A stretch of DNA of 64,000 bases, taken from the sequence record MZ443771.1, one strand, 5' to 3'. The translations under genes and the position numbers were made by a program. Below are positions 46,769-56,141 of the stretch, piece by piece. Every line of letters begins with the position of its first letter. Positions within the stretch are counted from its first letter, which is position 1. The notes beneath the pieces are model-generated. The model made no database searches. It saw nothing but the letters and a program-made list of their open reading frames with translations, and had not been told where the DNA came from.

Positions 46769-48808
46769 TTACTTGCAGCGCAGGCGAGCGAGTTTATCTT
46801 CGAACGATGAGTCAGTGGAAGCTGAACTCTGGGATTCAACGGTTTCTTCTTCCTGAGACAGGAGCTGTGCAGCAGACGGCTGTGCTTTAGGAGCAACAGC
46901 AGGAGCTTGCTGAACAACGTTGGCACGAGCAGCGGTAACAGTACCGGCAGCCGCGTCGATAGACTCAGAAATTTCGTTCTGTGCCACTTCGGACTTGGAC
47001 ATCAAGTCGTTAGCTTTGGACAGAGCGACAGTAAGGAAGTCCTTACCGTGAGCGATGAACGCTTGCTCAATCAGAGCGCGTGGGTCTTTGATACCTGCCG
47101 CAGTGAGCGAGCGGGACAGAGAATCCACGATTGGGTTGCTTGCATCGCCCCAGAAGTTTTTGGTGATACCCAACTGAGCAGCAGACAGAGCAGCAACGAA
47201 ACGTTCGCTGTGTGCAGCAGTCGCTTCTTCGATAGTTGCTGTGACGTTCGCAGTAGCTTCGCTAATACGAGTGTCAGATTCTGCCACCAGCAGTTTATCT
47301 ACCGGCATTTCGATCTGATACGGCATAAAGCCGAATGCTTCACAAGTGCCGGTCACGCCTGTCTGATTCAGAGAGTGTGATACTGCACGGATGAAATTAT
47401 CAGATTCGAAACTTTTCGCTGCGTTTTCTTCGCCAACAGCACCAGATACAGAGGCGAACGTTGCGCGAGCGATTGGCTGGCCATCGTAGTACATGTGTAC
47501 TGCGGCGACTTTACCAGTTGAACGGCTCAGGCTGACCAGTGAAGGGTCGAGCGTACCGTGCTGCGCCTGTGCAGTAGACAGGCTATTGAAGACGCGATTA
47601 ACGACCTTGCTCTCAGAGTCAAACTCGTCTTCTTCGTCGTCGAGATCCAGGTCATCTTCTTCCAGATCGTCTTCGTCGTCGAGGTCTTCGTCGTCATCGG
47701 AGCTAGACTCGGAATCGAAGTCATCTTCTTCAAGATCATCTTCTTCCAAGTCTTCGTCGTCGAGGTCGTCTTCTTCAAGATCGTCCTCTTCGTCTTCCTC
47801 GTCGTCAGAGCTGGATTCAGAGTCAAACTCATCATCTTCCAGATCTTCCATGTCTTCGTCGTCGAGGTCGTCTTCGTCCAGATCTTCGTCGTCGAGGTCT
47901 TCCTCGTCGTCGATATCATCGTCTTCGTCATCGTTAGATGATTCAGAATCGAAGTCGTCATCTTCCTCGTCGTCGTCCATATCTTCGAGGTCGTCTTCTT
48001 CAACGATATCAATATCGCTATCGTCGCCAGACGTTGACGCTTCTACTGGTTCGTCAACCAGCGCAGCAGAGCAATGTGCGCAGAACACAGGCTCTTCGTC
48101 GGAGCTTACAGTGAACGGCTGGTCGCATTTAGCGGAGCAGCTATACATGTGAGCTTCAACTTCACCGTTAGTCGCGGCAGAAGACAGCGCGGTAACAGCT
48201 TCAGGAGATTCCTGAGGTTCGCAGCTATCAACAGCCTGGCCGGTGTACGGGTCGAAGTTTGCAGCAACAGCAGCATTAAAGCTACCAGTGCTAGACACGG
48301 CGGTAAACGCGTGTGCGTTGCTCAGTGCCTGTGCGAAGTTGCGTTGAGCTTCTTCGGCGGTAGCGCCTGTAGCAACCAGACCAGCGTGTTCAACTTGCTC
48401 GTCCGCAGCAGCGGATTCAGCCAGGAACTGAGTAACACGCTCGTCGGTGATTTCAGACAGGTCAGCAGAGCACGATGGGCAGCAGCCCTGTACCAGAGCA
48501 GAGCTATCAGAGATAACGTGGCTACCACAACCATCAAGACAGATGGTGTAATGAGCTTTCACATCACCAGCAGAAGACTGCGACTGGACTTCGGCGCGCT
48601 CAACCAAATCAGGATGCTCTTCCAGCAGCTCATTGCCGCCTTTCGGATTGTAGAGGTCAGCGCCACTCTGCGAAGCAAAGCCTACACCGTCAGAGGACCC
48701 GAAAATCATCAGGTTCTGTCCGAGTGCAGTACGGCGAAAGTTCTCTACTGCCTGATTATGGTTTTTACCGACACACAGGATACCCGCGAGTTGGGTAATC
48801 TTTGGCAT
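46769..48808 (-). CDS. Prohead scaffold/core protein with Cys clusters and a long D/E tract
   Basis: Likely start is MPKIT. CxxxC/CxxC clusters and ~140 residues that are nearly all acidic, punctuated by four FDSES motifs. Confidence 0.7.
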   Translation of the reverse strand: MPKITQLAGILCVGKNHNQAVENFRRTALGQNLMIFGSSDGVGFASQSGADLYNPKGGNELLEEHPDLVERAEVQSQSSAGDVKAHYTICLDGCGSHVISDSSALVQGCCPSCSADLSEITDERVTQFLAESAAADEQVEHAGLVATGATAEEAQRNFAQALSNAHAFTAVSSTGSFNAAVAANFDPYTGQAVDSCEPQESPEAVTALSSAATNGEVEAHMYSCSAKCDQPFTVSSDEEPVFCAHCSAALVDEPVEASTSGDDSDIDIVEEDDLEDMDDDEEDDDFDSESSNDDEDDDIDDEEDLDDEDLDEDDLDDEDMEDLEDDEFDSESSSDDEEDEEDDLEEDDLDDEDLEEDDLEEDDFDSESSSDDDEDLDDEDDLEEDDLDLDDEEDEFDSESKVVNRVFNSLSTAQAQHGTLDPSLVSLSRSTGKVAAVHMYYDGQPIARATFASVSGAVGEENAAKSFESDNFIRAVSHSLNQTGVTGTCEAFGFMPYQIEMPVDKLLVAESDTRISEATANVTATIEEATAAHSERFVAALSAAQLGITKNFWGDASNPIVDSLSRSLTAAGIKDPRALIEQAFIAHGKDFLTVALSKANDLMSKSEVAQNEISESIDAAAGTVTAARANVVQQAPAVAPKAQPSAAQLLSQEEETVESQSSASTDSSFEDKLARLRCK

Positions 48809-48886
48809 GGTTAAAACCCTCATAGAATTTATAGTCGTTGAATCGACAGGTTAAAATTAAGATATGCAGAAAAAATCAAGGAATTT

Positions 48887-50029
48887 TTAAATTTTTCTGC
48901 TATCAATGTCAGCTTGTGGAATATAGCGATTTTCGAAGTATTTCGAGACAACTTCTACGCCATTTAAGGTGTATACGTTGCGTAAACTATATCCCCAAAC
49001 CATCAGTTCTGCGAGCGTTGCGAAGTGCTCCGTAGGGACCGTTTTAATGGTACGTGCGGTCAGAGAATCTGGGTGGATTTTCTTGCCGCGAATGGCCTGA
49101 TCGAACTTCATACGGTCTACGTTACGCAGCATCGTATCGTCCACAAAGTGGGCTAATTCGTGCGTAATAACGTGTGCCATACTCAGGCTATTATACCCAC
49201 CAAGCAACTGTACTAACTGCGCTGGATGGATTGAAATCGCACCATACAGGAAGCCATGCACACGGTACGTAGCGATATGACTACCACCACTATCCGAGTT
49301 AGCTTTCAGAACGCCAACATACAGACGGTCGAAGGGCAGTGCAATGTTCAGGCCAACGCCGGGCATCACGTTTTCCTGAATGTCTTTGAGCACATAATCA
49401 GGAGGACTGACGCCATTCTTTTCGAACGATATCCCCGGCACACGCAGCTCATCCATACCTTTAACTTCAAGGTGGACTCTACCACATTTCTTAACAGGCT
49501 TGACAGCGTAGTTATTTGGTGTGCCGCCTGGGTAAACAGCAGAGGCATAACGCAGCGCTTTCATGTTGCCGAAATCGACTTCACCTAAACGCTGAACCTG
49601 ACGTGCTTTCATGCTGTCAGTTGTATCGTCATCACCTGCAACAGGCATTGGTGGGAGTTTATCGAGGGGTACGTTGACTTTCGAAGGAGGCAGAGGTTCT
49701 GGCGCAGGCTTCTTGACAACGGTAGGCTTAGCCTTTGGTTTAGACGCTTTCTTTTCTTCTTCGTAAGGCGTGAAGTTGAAGTCAGGCTTAAACAGCGCGT
49801 CAGGCTTCGCAGTGAATGGCCGGCTGGTGGTAGCAATCATGTCACCATCAACGCCACTGATCGCAGCAGCACGATCATATTTAGGGTGAGCTATGTAGTA
49901 CAGGTCGCTATTGACTTGAAGCAGACCCACGACCTCACGCGGCTGCATACGAATGCCGTTTGAGATCATGGTGTCGTTACCCAGATAGCGATAGTACGAA
50001 TAGTCTAAGATAGATAGACCTTCCGCCAT
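48887..50029 (-). CDS. SH3-like paralogue domain fused to an HExxH zinc-metallopeptidase-like domain
   Basis: ITHELAHFVD with downstream EHFA. Confidence 0.65.
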   Translation of the reverse strand: MAEGLSILDYSYYRYLGNDTMISNGIRMQPREVVGLLQVNSDLYYIAHPKYDRAAAISGVDGDMIATTSRPFTAKPDALFKPDFNFTPYEEEKKASKPKAKPTVVKKPAPEPLPPSKVNVPLDKLPPMPVAGDDDTTDSMKARQVQRLGEVDFGNMKALRYASAVYPGGTPNNYAVKPVKKCGRVHLEVKGMDELRVPGISFEKNGVSPPDYVLKDIQENVMPGVGLNIALPFDRLYVGVLKANSDSGGSHIATYRVHGFLYGAISIHPAQLVQLLGGYNSLSMAHVITHELAHFVDDTMLRNVDRMKFDQAIRGKKIHPDSLTARTIKTVPTEHFATLAELMVWGYSLRNVYTLNGVEVVSKYFENRYIPQADIDSRKI

Positions 50030-50030
50030 A

Positions 50031-50810
50031 TTACGCCATCCTTAACAGGTGCTCTTTGTAGGTTGCGGCACATGCGAATGCCGGGTCGTCTACGCTACTG
50101 CACTCAAAGCCTGTCAGGAGTTTGCAGTCACGATAGACCAGACGCCCTGTACGTGCATCGAGATACGTAGGCTTGTTGAACGCTGTATGCGAACAGAAGT
50201 TACGCGCACGAGGTGTTACCAACTGACCACAGATACTGCATTTATATGCACGGTAGGTTGTGCCTTTGCTGTACGTGTTCAGTTCACCGCTCATGATTCG
50301 GTCGCAGCGCTCTTTGCAGCGTGTACGGTCGAATGCAAGCAGCAACGTCAGACGTGCGTGGTCGCCACGGAAGTTCTTGAGCTTCGACAGGTTAGAGTCA
50401 AAGATCATGCCCATAGCTTGACGGTAGTCTTTGTTGTTGTGCTCGATGAACGTCGGCTTACCGATGAACGTCTGATACGCAAGGCGTCCTTGGTCAGGGT
50501 TGAACGTCAACCATTCTTGCAGACTAAACGCATCACCGTTCGTGTTCGGAAGTTCTGTGATGTTCACAGGAACAGGCACAATGATATAGTCGCGGATATC
50601 GCGTGACGTGTTGTACTGCTCGGCAGCTTTAGGCAACCACACGTTCACGTCGAGGTTAAAAGAGCCAGTCTGAATACCGAAACGCGAAGCATCCACACGA
50701 ATAGACTTAGCTGTTTTGCTAACGTCTTCCTTGTGAAGGTCAATCGCGTTCAGTCCGACTAAGCCCATGTCCGAGGTATCAAACGACTCGGAACGAATGG
50801 ACTGATCCAT
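50031..50810 (-). CDS. Prohead maturation protease with inserted zinc-finger-like segment
   Basis: Likely start is MDQSI (AGGAG). F.GKP..IEHN, G.IFD, YSKG, CSICG...CSH and FECSSVDDPA motifs. Confidence 0.75.
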   Translation of the reverse strand: MDQSIRSESFDTSDMGLVGLNAIDLHKEDVSKTAKSIRVDASRFGIQTGSFNLDVNVWLPKAAEQYNTSRDIRDYIIVPVPVNITELPNTNGDAFSLQEWLTFNPDQGRLAYQTFIGKPTFIEHNNKDYRQAMGMIFDSNLSKLKNFRGDHARLTLLLAFDRTRCKERCDRIMSGELNTYSKGTTYRAYKCSICGQLVTPRARNFCSHTAFNKPTYLDARTGRLVYRDCKLLTGFECSSVDDPAFACAATYKEHLLRMA

Positions 50811-50820
50811 CGTGTTCTCC

Positions 50821-51231
50821 CTATTGGAATTTGTCGATATTGTTGCGCGTATTAGCCAGACGCACGTTACCCTCATCTGCTTGGAAGCAGTCAAGGTTGT
50901 CAGAGCTATTCAGCCAATAACGCAAGCGGCCATTAGAAATTACTGCACTTTCAACAAATGCAGGTACTTCAAAGCCATCTTTTGTTTTGACATAGACCTC
51001 GACGCCGGGATAGAAAACGTCGAAGGACTTGGTGCTGAATATAGGCTGCACTATATCGCACTCACGAACAGGGTGCTGCGCATAGCGGCTTTGAATCATA
51101 TAGATCGCCTCATCCTTGTTAATCAGGATAGAGTTGATCGTGCCACGTAGCGTACAAGGCGAACAATACTCAGACGGTACGTTGAATGAAACAATGTCAG
51201 CGATGTTGTATGCAAAAGAGAACTGTGCCAT
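50821..51231 (-). CDS. Hypothetical protein, two similar small beta domains
   Basis: GAGG SD. Duplicated F...(D/E).V.....G.(I/V).S..I...Y. Confidence 0.7.
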   Translation of the reverse strand: MAQFSFAYNIADIVSFNVPSEYCSPCTLRGTINSILINKDEAIYMIQSRYAQHPVRECDIVQPIFSTKSFDVFYPGVEVYVKTKDGFEVPAFVESAVISNGRLRYWLNSSDNLDCFQADEGNVRLANTRNNIDKFQ

Positions 51232-51232
51232 G

Positions 51233-52114
51233 TTAACCTCTCAGTGCACCACGCGCCCATGACTTAGCCAACGCAAGAGTCATACGTGCAGGGTTATGCA
51301 GTTTGACTTCCCCTTTGTGGACAGCGGTGAAAGGCTCGTGTGCGTTCTGACCGCGACCAGAGCGATAGGCAGCTTCGTTGAAACCATCGAACAGGGTAAC
51401 TACCCAGCCCGTAGATTTCTCAGAGCACTCACCACATGCTTTATCCCACACAATCTTACCGCACACACGGCCACCAGCATTGACTGCATAGCTGATTTGC
51501 TCAGTGCCTTTGTAGACGTCTTGGGACTTGAGTGTCTTAAACGTCACACGGGAAGACGACTCGGAGCGTGGCACCATCTTCTCTTTCATCGACTCGATAT
51601 CAAGCGATGACCAGAAAGACTCAAACAGCGCGGCAAACTTCTGCTCAATAGGCAGGTCTACCGCGTTGATTTGTGCAATGGTGCTGGAGCTATCAGCGAG
51701 CACACGGTTGAGGAAGTAGCCACCGAGAATAACAGGCATCTGTGTGCCTTGCGTTCCGGTAGTTAAGCCAGACTTCTTGCAGTAGATTTCTGACAGGCCG
51801 ACAGCAAGACGCGCAAGAGTCATGAACGTTTGCTTCTCGGTGCTGCCAGCAACCTCTGTGTAGATACGCGCAGCAATAGCAGGTACGACAGTGCGCTTTG
51901 CCACGCTCAGGATATCTTCTGGCTTAATCTCTTGCCCCAGCTTCTTCTTCGCAGCCAGTTCGAATGCGTTAATCAGGCTGGCTTTGTTCGCTGGTGTCAG
52001 AGACTCGCTCAACTTCATAGTTGTCTGCTCTGAGCTGTTCACCAGACCTTGCTGGGGTTTCTTCTCCAGACGACGAACCCCCGACGTCGATCTCATTAGT
52101 CGCTTCACTGTCAT
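51233..52114 (-). CDS. Hypothetical (possibly head-associated) protein
   Basis: Start is either ATG 52114 (AGGA 8 nt upstream) or ATG 52018. Contains LSESL and RSESSS. Confidence 0.7.
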   Translation of the reverse strand: MTVKRLMRSTSGVRRLEKKPQQGLVNSSEQTTMKLSESLTPANKASLINAFELAAKKKLGQEIKPEDILSVAKRTVVPAIAARIYTEVAGSTEKQTFMTLARLAVGLSEIYCKKSGLTTGTQGTQMPVILGGYFLNRVLADSSSTIAQINAVDLPIEQKFAALFESFWSSLDIESMKEKMVPRSESSSRVTFKTLKSQDVYKGTEQISYAVNAGGRVCGKIVWDKACGECSEKSTGWVVTLFDGFNEAAYRSGRGQNAHEPFTAVHKGEVKLHNPARMTLALAKSWARGALRG

Positions 52115-53219
52115 TTGATTGTTCCTGAGTAGTAGGCTGCAAGTAGGCAAGCAGCCCGGAGTTCTGAATTGCCTCGTTCAGGTCTTCGCCACGGTGCGTG
52201 GTGAGCTGTGCGAGATAGTTAAGAGCCGGTTGGACCATACCGAGGTTGCGACAGCCCCAGTAGGCTAAGTCGTAGCACATGTCTAAATTAATAGAGGTTT
52301 GGTCGAACAAGAAACTTTTTGGATTCTGCTTAACAGCGTCGATGCCCTGAATAGCAAAGCCTACAGCATTCATCATATCGTCACGACGATAGAAGATATC
52401 AGCAAGCATCGCATAGCATTCAACGCGATCAGGTCTTGCAGCAATCGCACGGTAACAGGCAAAGATAGACTCCTGCGTGTAACCGCTTTTAAACTCTGCT
52501 TTCGCCAGTTCGAGGTTTGCAATCGCAACGTAGTCAGACCATTTAGCGATACCTGCGAGGCGTGCTACTTCGGCGCGAGCCATATCGAGCATATCGAAGT
52601 GGTTGCCGTAGTTAACAGCATAGCAGAGTTCACGCGCGTAATAGAAACTGCAACGGTCATCATGCGGGTAGCTACCTACATCCAGACCAAGCTCCAACAG
52701 ATAGTTGCGCTCTTTCTCCGTGTCAGGATAATGGTCAGTAGCAAACGTTGCTTCGACTGTACGCAGTCTCTGGTCAGGCTTACGCGACGACAGGACTTCG
52801 TGCGCACGGTACTTCCAGAAGTAAGAGCGACGACGATACGCTTTCATCTGCTGGTAGTGACTATCACCGTTGCGCATCAGAATCCAAACTGCTTCGGCGT
52901 GTTTAATGTGTTTCGTATTGCGTAGCGTTTCAACCCAATTAGGATCATCGAAACGTTCGTCAATGTCGAGCCACACAACGAGGTCATCCTCTGTGAATGG
53001 CGTAGCGGCCAGCTCCCTGCTTGCACCCAGATTGCGTTCATCTGACACATCAAACGAGTGATAGATGTTTGGGTGCTGGAATGCCGCGATGATGTTTGTG
53101 GTATTGTCCGTGCTGCCTGTATCAACGATACTGATCGCATCAGCAGCAGCAACGTGTTTCAACCACTCACCGATATTCTTTTCTTCATTACGGCAGATAG
53201 CCGCTACGCAAATTCTCAT
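51969..53219 (-). CDS. GT2 family glycosyltransferase with C-terminal TPR repeats
   Basis: I..ICRNEE.NI, VDTGSTDNT and LDIDE (DxD) motifs, then helical TPR-like repeats. Confidence 0.88.
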   Translation of the reverse strand: MRICVAAICRNEEKNIGEWLKHVAAADAISIVDTGSTDNTTNIIAAFQHPNIYHSFDVSDERNLGASRELAATPFTEDDLVVWLDIDERFDDPNWVETLRNTKHIKHAEAVWILMRNGDSHYQQMKAYRRRSYFWKYRAHEVLSSRKPDQRLRTVEATFATDHYPDTEKERNYLLELGLDVGSYPHDDRCSFYYARELCYAVNYGNHFDMLDMARAEVARLAGIAKWSDYVAIANLELAKAEFKSGYTQESIFACYRAIAARPDRVECYAMLADIFYRRDDMMNAVGFAIQGIDAVKQNPKSFLFDQTSINLDMCYDLAYWGCRNLGMVQPALNYLAQLTTHRGEDLNEAIQNSGLLAYLQPTTQEQSNDSEATNEIDVGGSSSGEETPARSGEQLRADNYEVERVSDTSEQSQPD

Positions 53220-53235
53220 ACATGCCTCATTTGGG

Positions 53236-54153
53236 TTATACTAAAATGTTGCCGCTATCCCACCAGCGCTTGCCGTAGATATCAGACAGGCGATAGTCAA
53301 GAATGAGTGGCTGGTCAAGATCGACTTGCGTTATGTAACGCTGTAAGTACGGACTCCAAACTGTTTTCTCCTCAGTGTAGAGTCGTATCTCCAATTCAAT
53401 GTCGCCTTGAGAGTTCTTCGGTACGAACGGATGAGAGTAGTCCCCATCAAAGCCTGCACCGAGTGAGTCGTCAAAGTATGTGTACGCACGAATTTCTTCT
53501 GCGCTGTTAATCAGCGTCGGTGAGTACACTTGACGGTTGTAATACGAGGTGTAATCAGCAACAGTCGCTTGCATGACAGTGCGGCGCTTATAGATACGCG
53601 TCACACCTTTGCTGTCTGTCTCAGCGCGGTACTGGTTGTAATACCAGCGAATCTCCGCAAACTTAACAGGCTTCAACTGTGGCTGACCTGCTGCATACTG
53701 CATGAACGGCTTCGCAGTGAAACGATGGTACGTCTTCTGCGTGTTCAATCTGTAGAGCAGAATCTGGTACGTGTACCACTGATAAACATCAAGGGTGATC
53801 GTACCGCTATCTGATTGCTGCGTACCGTTAGTGAGAATGTAAGAGAAACAGTCTGCACCAACGTAACCGCTGCGTGGGTTATAGAGGAACGCATCGTTGA
53901 AGTAGTTCAGTCGCACTGTGCCCACCATCGGGTCGTTAACCTTGATAGCAGCAAGACGCCAGCCCCTTTGAGCTGGCACCTTATCGAGCACACCCTCTGT
54001 CGGGCTATGCAGCGTCACTTCATCACGAGCGCCTTGTAAGATCTTTTCGAGTGTGATTTCAGTTTGACCTGAGTTACGCACTCGCACTGTCAGGTTCGGA
54101 GCTAATGGTTTGTAGTTACGCCAGTAGTCGAACGTACAAGGCAAAGAGAGCAT
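53236..54153 (-). CDS. Structural protein with Ig/cadherin-like (Big_9-type) domain
   Basis: G.V......F.Y.P..GY.G.D.FSY...NG motif. Likely start is MLSLPC. Confidence 0.7.
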   Translation of the reverse strand: MLSLPCTFDYWRNYKPLAPNLTVRVRNSGQTEITLEKILQGARDEVTLHSPTEGVLDKVPAQRGWRLAAIKVNDPMVGTVRLNYFNDAFLYNPRSGYVGADCFSYILTNGTQQSDSGTITLDVYQWYTYQILLYRLNTQKTYHRFTAKPFMQYAAGQPQLKPVKFAEIRWYYNQYRAETDSKGVTRIYKRRTVMQATVADYTSYYNRQVYSPTLINSAEEIRAYTYFDDSLGAGFDGDYSHPFVPKNSQGDIELEIRLYTEEKTVWSPYLQRYITQVDLDQPLILDYRLSDIYGKRWWDSGNILV

Positions 54154-54155
54154 AA

Positions 54156-56102
54156 TCACTCCAGTTTGTATTTGCTCTTGAACTCCGCGATACTCATAAC
54201 AGGGATGCCTTTGTCCATCGCTTTCTGGAGTTTCGCAGAACCAGATCCAGGGTCTTTAGCAATCAGGATTGTCGTGTCAGCTTTCATGCTGTCAGTCGCA
54301 ACGCCGCCGAGTTCAGTGATACGCTGCATCAGGTCGCGGTCACGCACACCAGTGAATGCCACGTTGACGCCTTTGAGCTTGCTGCTGGTGACTTTCACTT
54401 TCTTCGGTGCAACGAGCGTCACATCCATTTCGACTGCCATGAGATAGGACTTAACAGCAGCATCAGCAATCTGCGGAGCCAGCTTGTCTACCCCGTGCAT
54501 ACCGCTAATCTTGAGAGTCAGATCAGCAGTCTTACCTTTCTTGAGATATTGCTCAAGGTTAGGAATGGCATCAACAACCTTGTCGAATGTCGTGTTAGCG
54601 CCGCGCATGAAGAATGACGCAGTAGCTTTAAGCCACGTATTCATCGGCACGCCAGCTTTCAACGTCTTCAGGTCTTTCGCTAACTGACGACCGCGAGAGT
54701 CACCAACGATTTCACGCAGTGATGCCATAGGCGTCATGAACAATTGTTGAGGCGTTTTAATGCCAGAAGCAACGAGCAACTTACAGGTGCTTGGACCTGT
54801 GTTCGCAATATCAAGTCCGCGCAGGAACGAACCGAGAAGACGAGCATCAGCAACAGAGGACTTCGCTTTGACAACGAACTCTACACCGTTAATCTTGTAC
54901 GGTACGTCAGGCAGCTTAGGCTTCTTAGCAGGCTTGAGAATCTCCATGATGTATGGGATTACCTTGCCACTTCGAATCAACTTAACCTTAGCGCCAATGC
55001 CTAACGGTCGTTTAGGACCAAGCACTGCACCTTTCTTCTTCGGCTTGAGATAGCCGTGCTCAACGTAGAAACCGTTGTGCGCAGAAGCACGTTCAACAGT
55101 CACACCGCCGGGCATGATTGTTGGCGGGAAGATTGCAACAGGCGCGAGCACACCGTACTTCGACTCTTGGTAGATAACGTCTTTGACAGTCACAATAACC
55201 GTGTCAGACTCAACGTTCATTTTGAACTTGAACGCGTGACGTGGGTTACTGGCAGTTGCTTTAGGCGTAGGAATATCACGGGTCATTACGATCCCATCAA
55301 GTTCATACTTCGCCTTAGCAATACGTTTGTCCAACCACGGGATGAGTTGTTCTTCGTCATCAAAACGCAGAGGACCGAAGTGACGAACGACTTCGAATCC
55401 CCATTTGTCTAACAGCTTGAACTGACTGGACTGCTTGAGAGTAGCACCTTTACCAGCAAGTATGCCGAAGCACACCATGTGGACGTACTTGAACTCTTTC
55501 GCAGTCTCGAAGTTACGGACCAACCCTGACGCAGCGTTACGCGCAGCTTTGAAGCGACCACCAGCAGACTCATGCAGCTTTGCCATGAACGTCTTATACG
55601 GGATAAGCGCCTCACAGCGAAGCACCACTTCACCCTTCTCAGGAATCTTTTGGGGGATGCGCATCGAAGGTAAGTGCTGAGACACGTCTTTGCCGTGAGT
55701 AGCGTCACCACGAGTATACGCTTTGACAGGCACGCCTCTCTGGTACACGATCTCAATACTCAGACCGTCCAGCTTATCTGTCAGCATCCACTCAACGTCT
55801 TCTGCAAGAGCTTTGGACAATTGTTTGCCGCCGAGAGCATACTGGTCAAGACTTGCCATTGGTACAGGCAGCTTAACATCAGAATCATCACGCGCACCAA
55901 TCTTACGCGCCAGCTTTGACTTAGGCCAGCGTGTGTCGATGTAGTTACGAATGTGATCATACACTGCATCTGATACAAGACCTTCAGAATCAGTGTGGAA
56001 CGCATCATCAAGATGCGCCACAAGTTTCGTTGCCTGAGTCAGATTGAGCGTGTCGAGAACCTTGTTAGGATTCTTCTCTAATCGCTTCAAAGAGATTTGC
56101 AT
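54156..56102 (-). CDS. ligA: NAD-dependent DNA ligase
   Basis: SDAVYD (domain Ia), KLDG, TRGD, DGIV, A.K, OB-fold RSG.VIP and C-terminal BRCT (FTG...KA...GIP) motifs. Confidence 0.92.
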   Translation of the reverse strand: MQISLKRLEKNPNKVLDTLNLTQATKLVAHLDDAFHTDSEGLVSDAVYDHIRNYIDTRWPKSKLARKIGARDDSDVKLPVPMASLDQYALGGKQLSKALAEDVEWMLTDKLDGLSIEIVYQRGVPVKAYTRGDATHGKDVSQHLPSMRIPQKIPEKGEVVLRCEALIPYKTFMAKLHESAGGRFKAARNAASGLVRNFETAKEFKYVHMVCFGILAGKGATLKQSSQFKLLDKWGFEVVRHFGPLRFDDEEQLIPWLDKRIAKAKYELDGIVMTRDIPTPKATASNPRHAFKFKMNVESDTVIVTVKDVIYQESKYGVLAPVAIFPPTIMPGGVTVERASAHNGFYVEHGYLKPKKKGAVLGPKRPLGIGAKVKLIRSGKVIPYIMEILKPAKKPKLPDVPYKINGVEFVVKAKSSVADARLLGSFLRGLDIANTGPSTCKLLVASGIKTPQQLFMTPMASLREIVGDSRGRQLAKDLKTLKAGVPMNTWLKATASFFMRGANTTFDKVVDAIPNLEQYLKKGKTADLTLKISGMHGVDKLAPQIADAAVKSYLMAVEMDVTLVAPKKVKVTSSKLKGVNVAFTGVRDRDLMQRITELGGVATDSMKADTTILIAKDPGSGSAKLQKAMDKGIPVMSIAEFKSKYKLE

Positions 56103-56141
56103 GATTTTCTCCGATCGTCATTAACACTGGTATTTACAGCA

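Noticed and set aside
47493-48152. Ser-rich and other alternate-frame ORFs over the acidic tracts
   Set aside because: These are by-products of low-complexity GAC/GAA codon runs.
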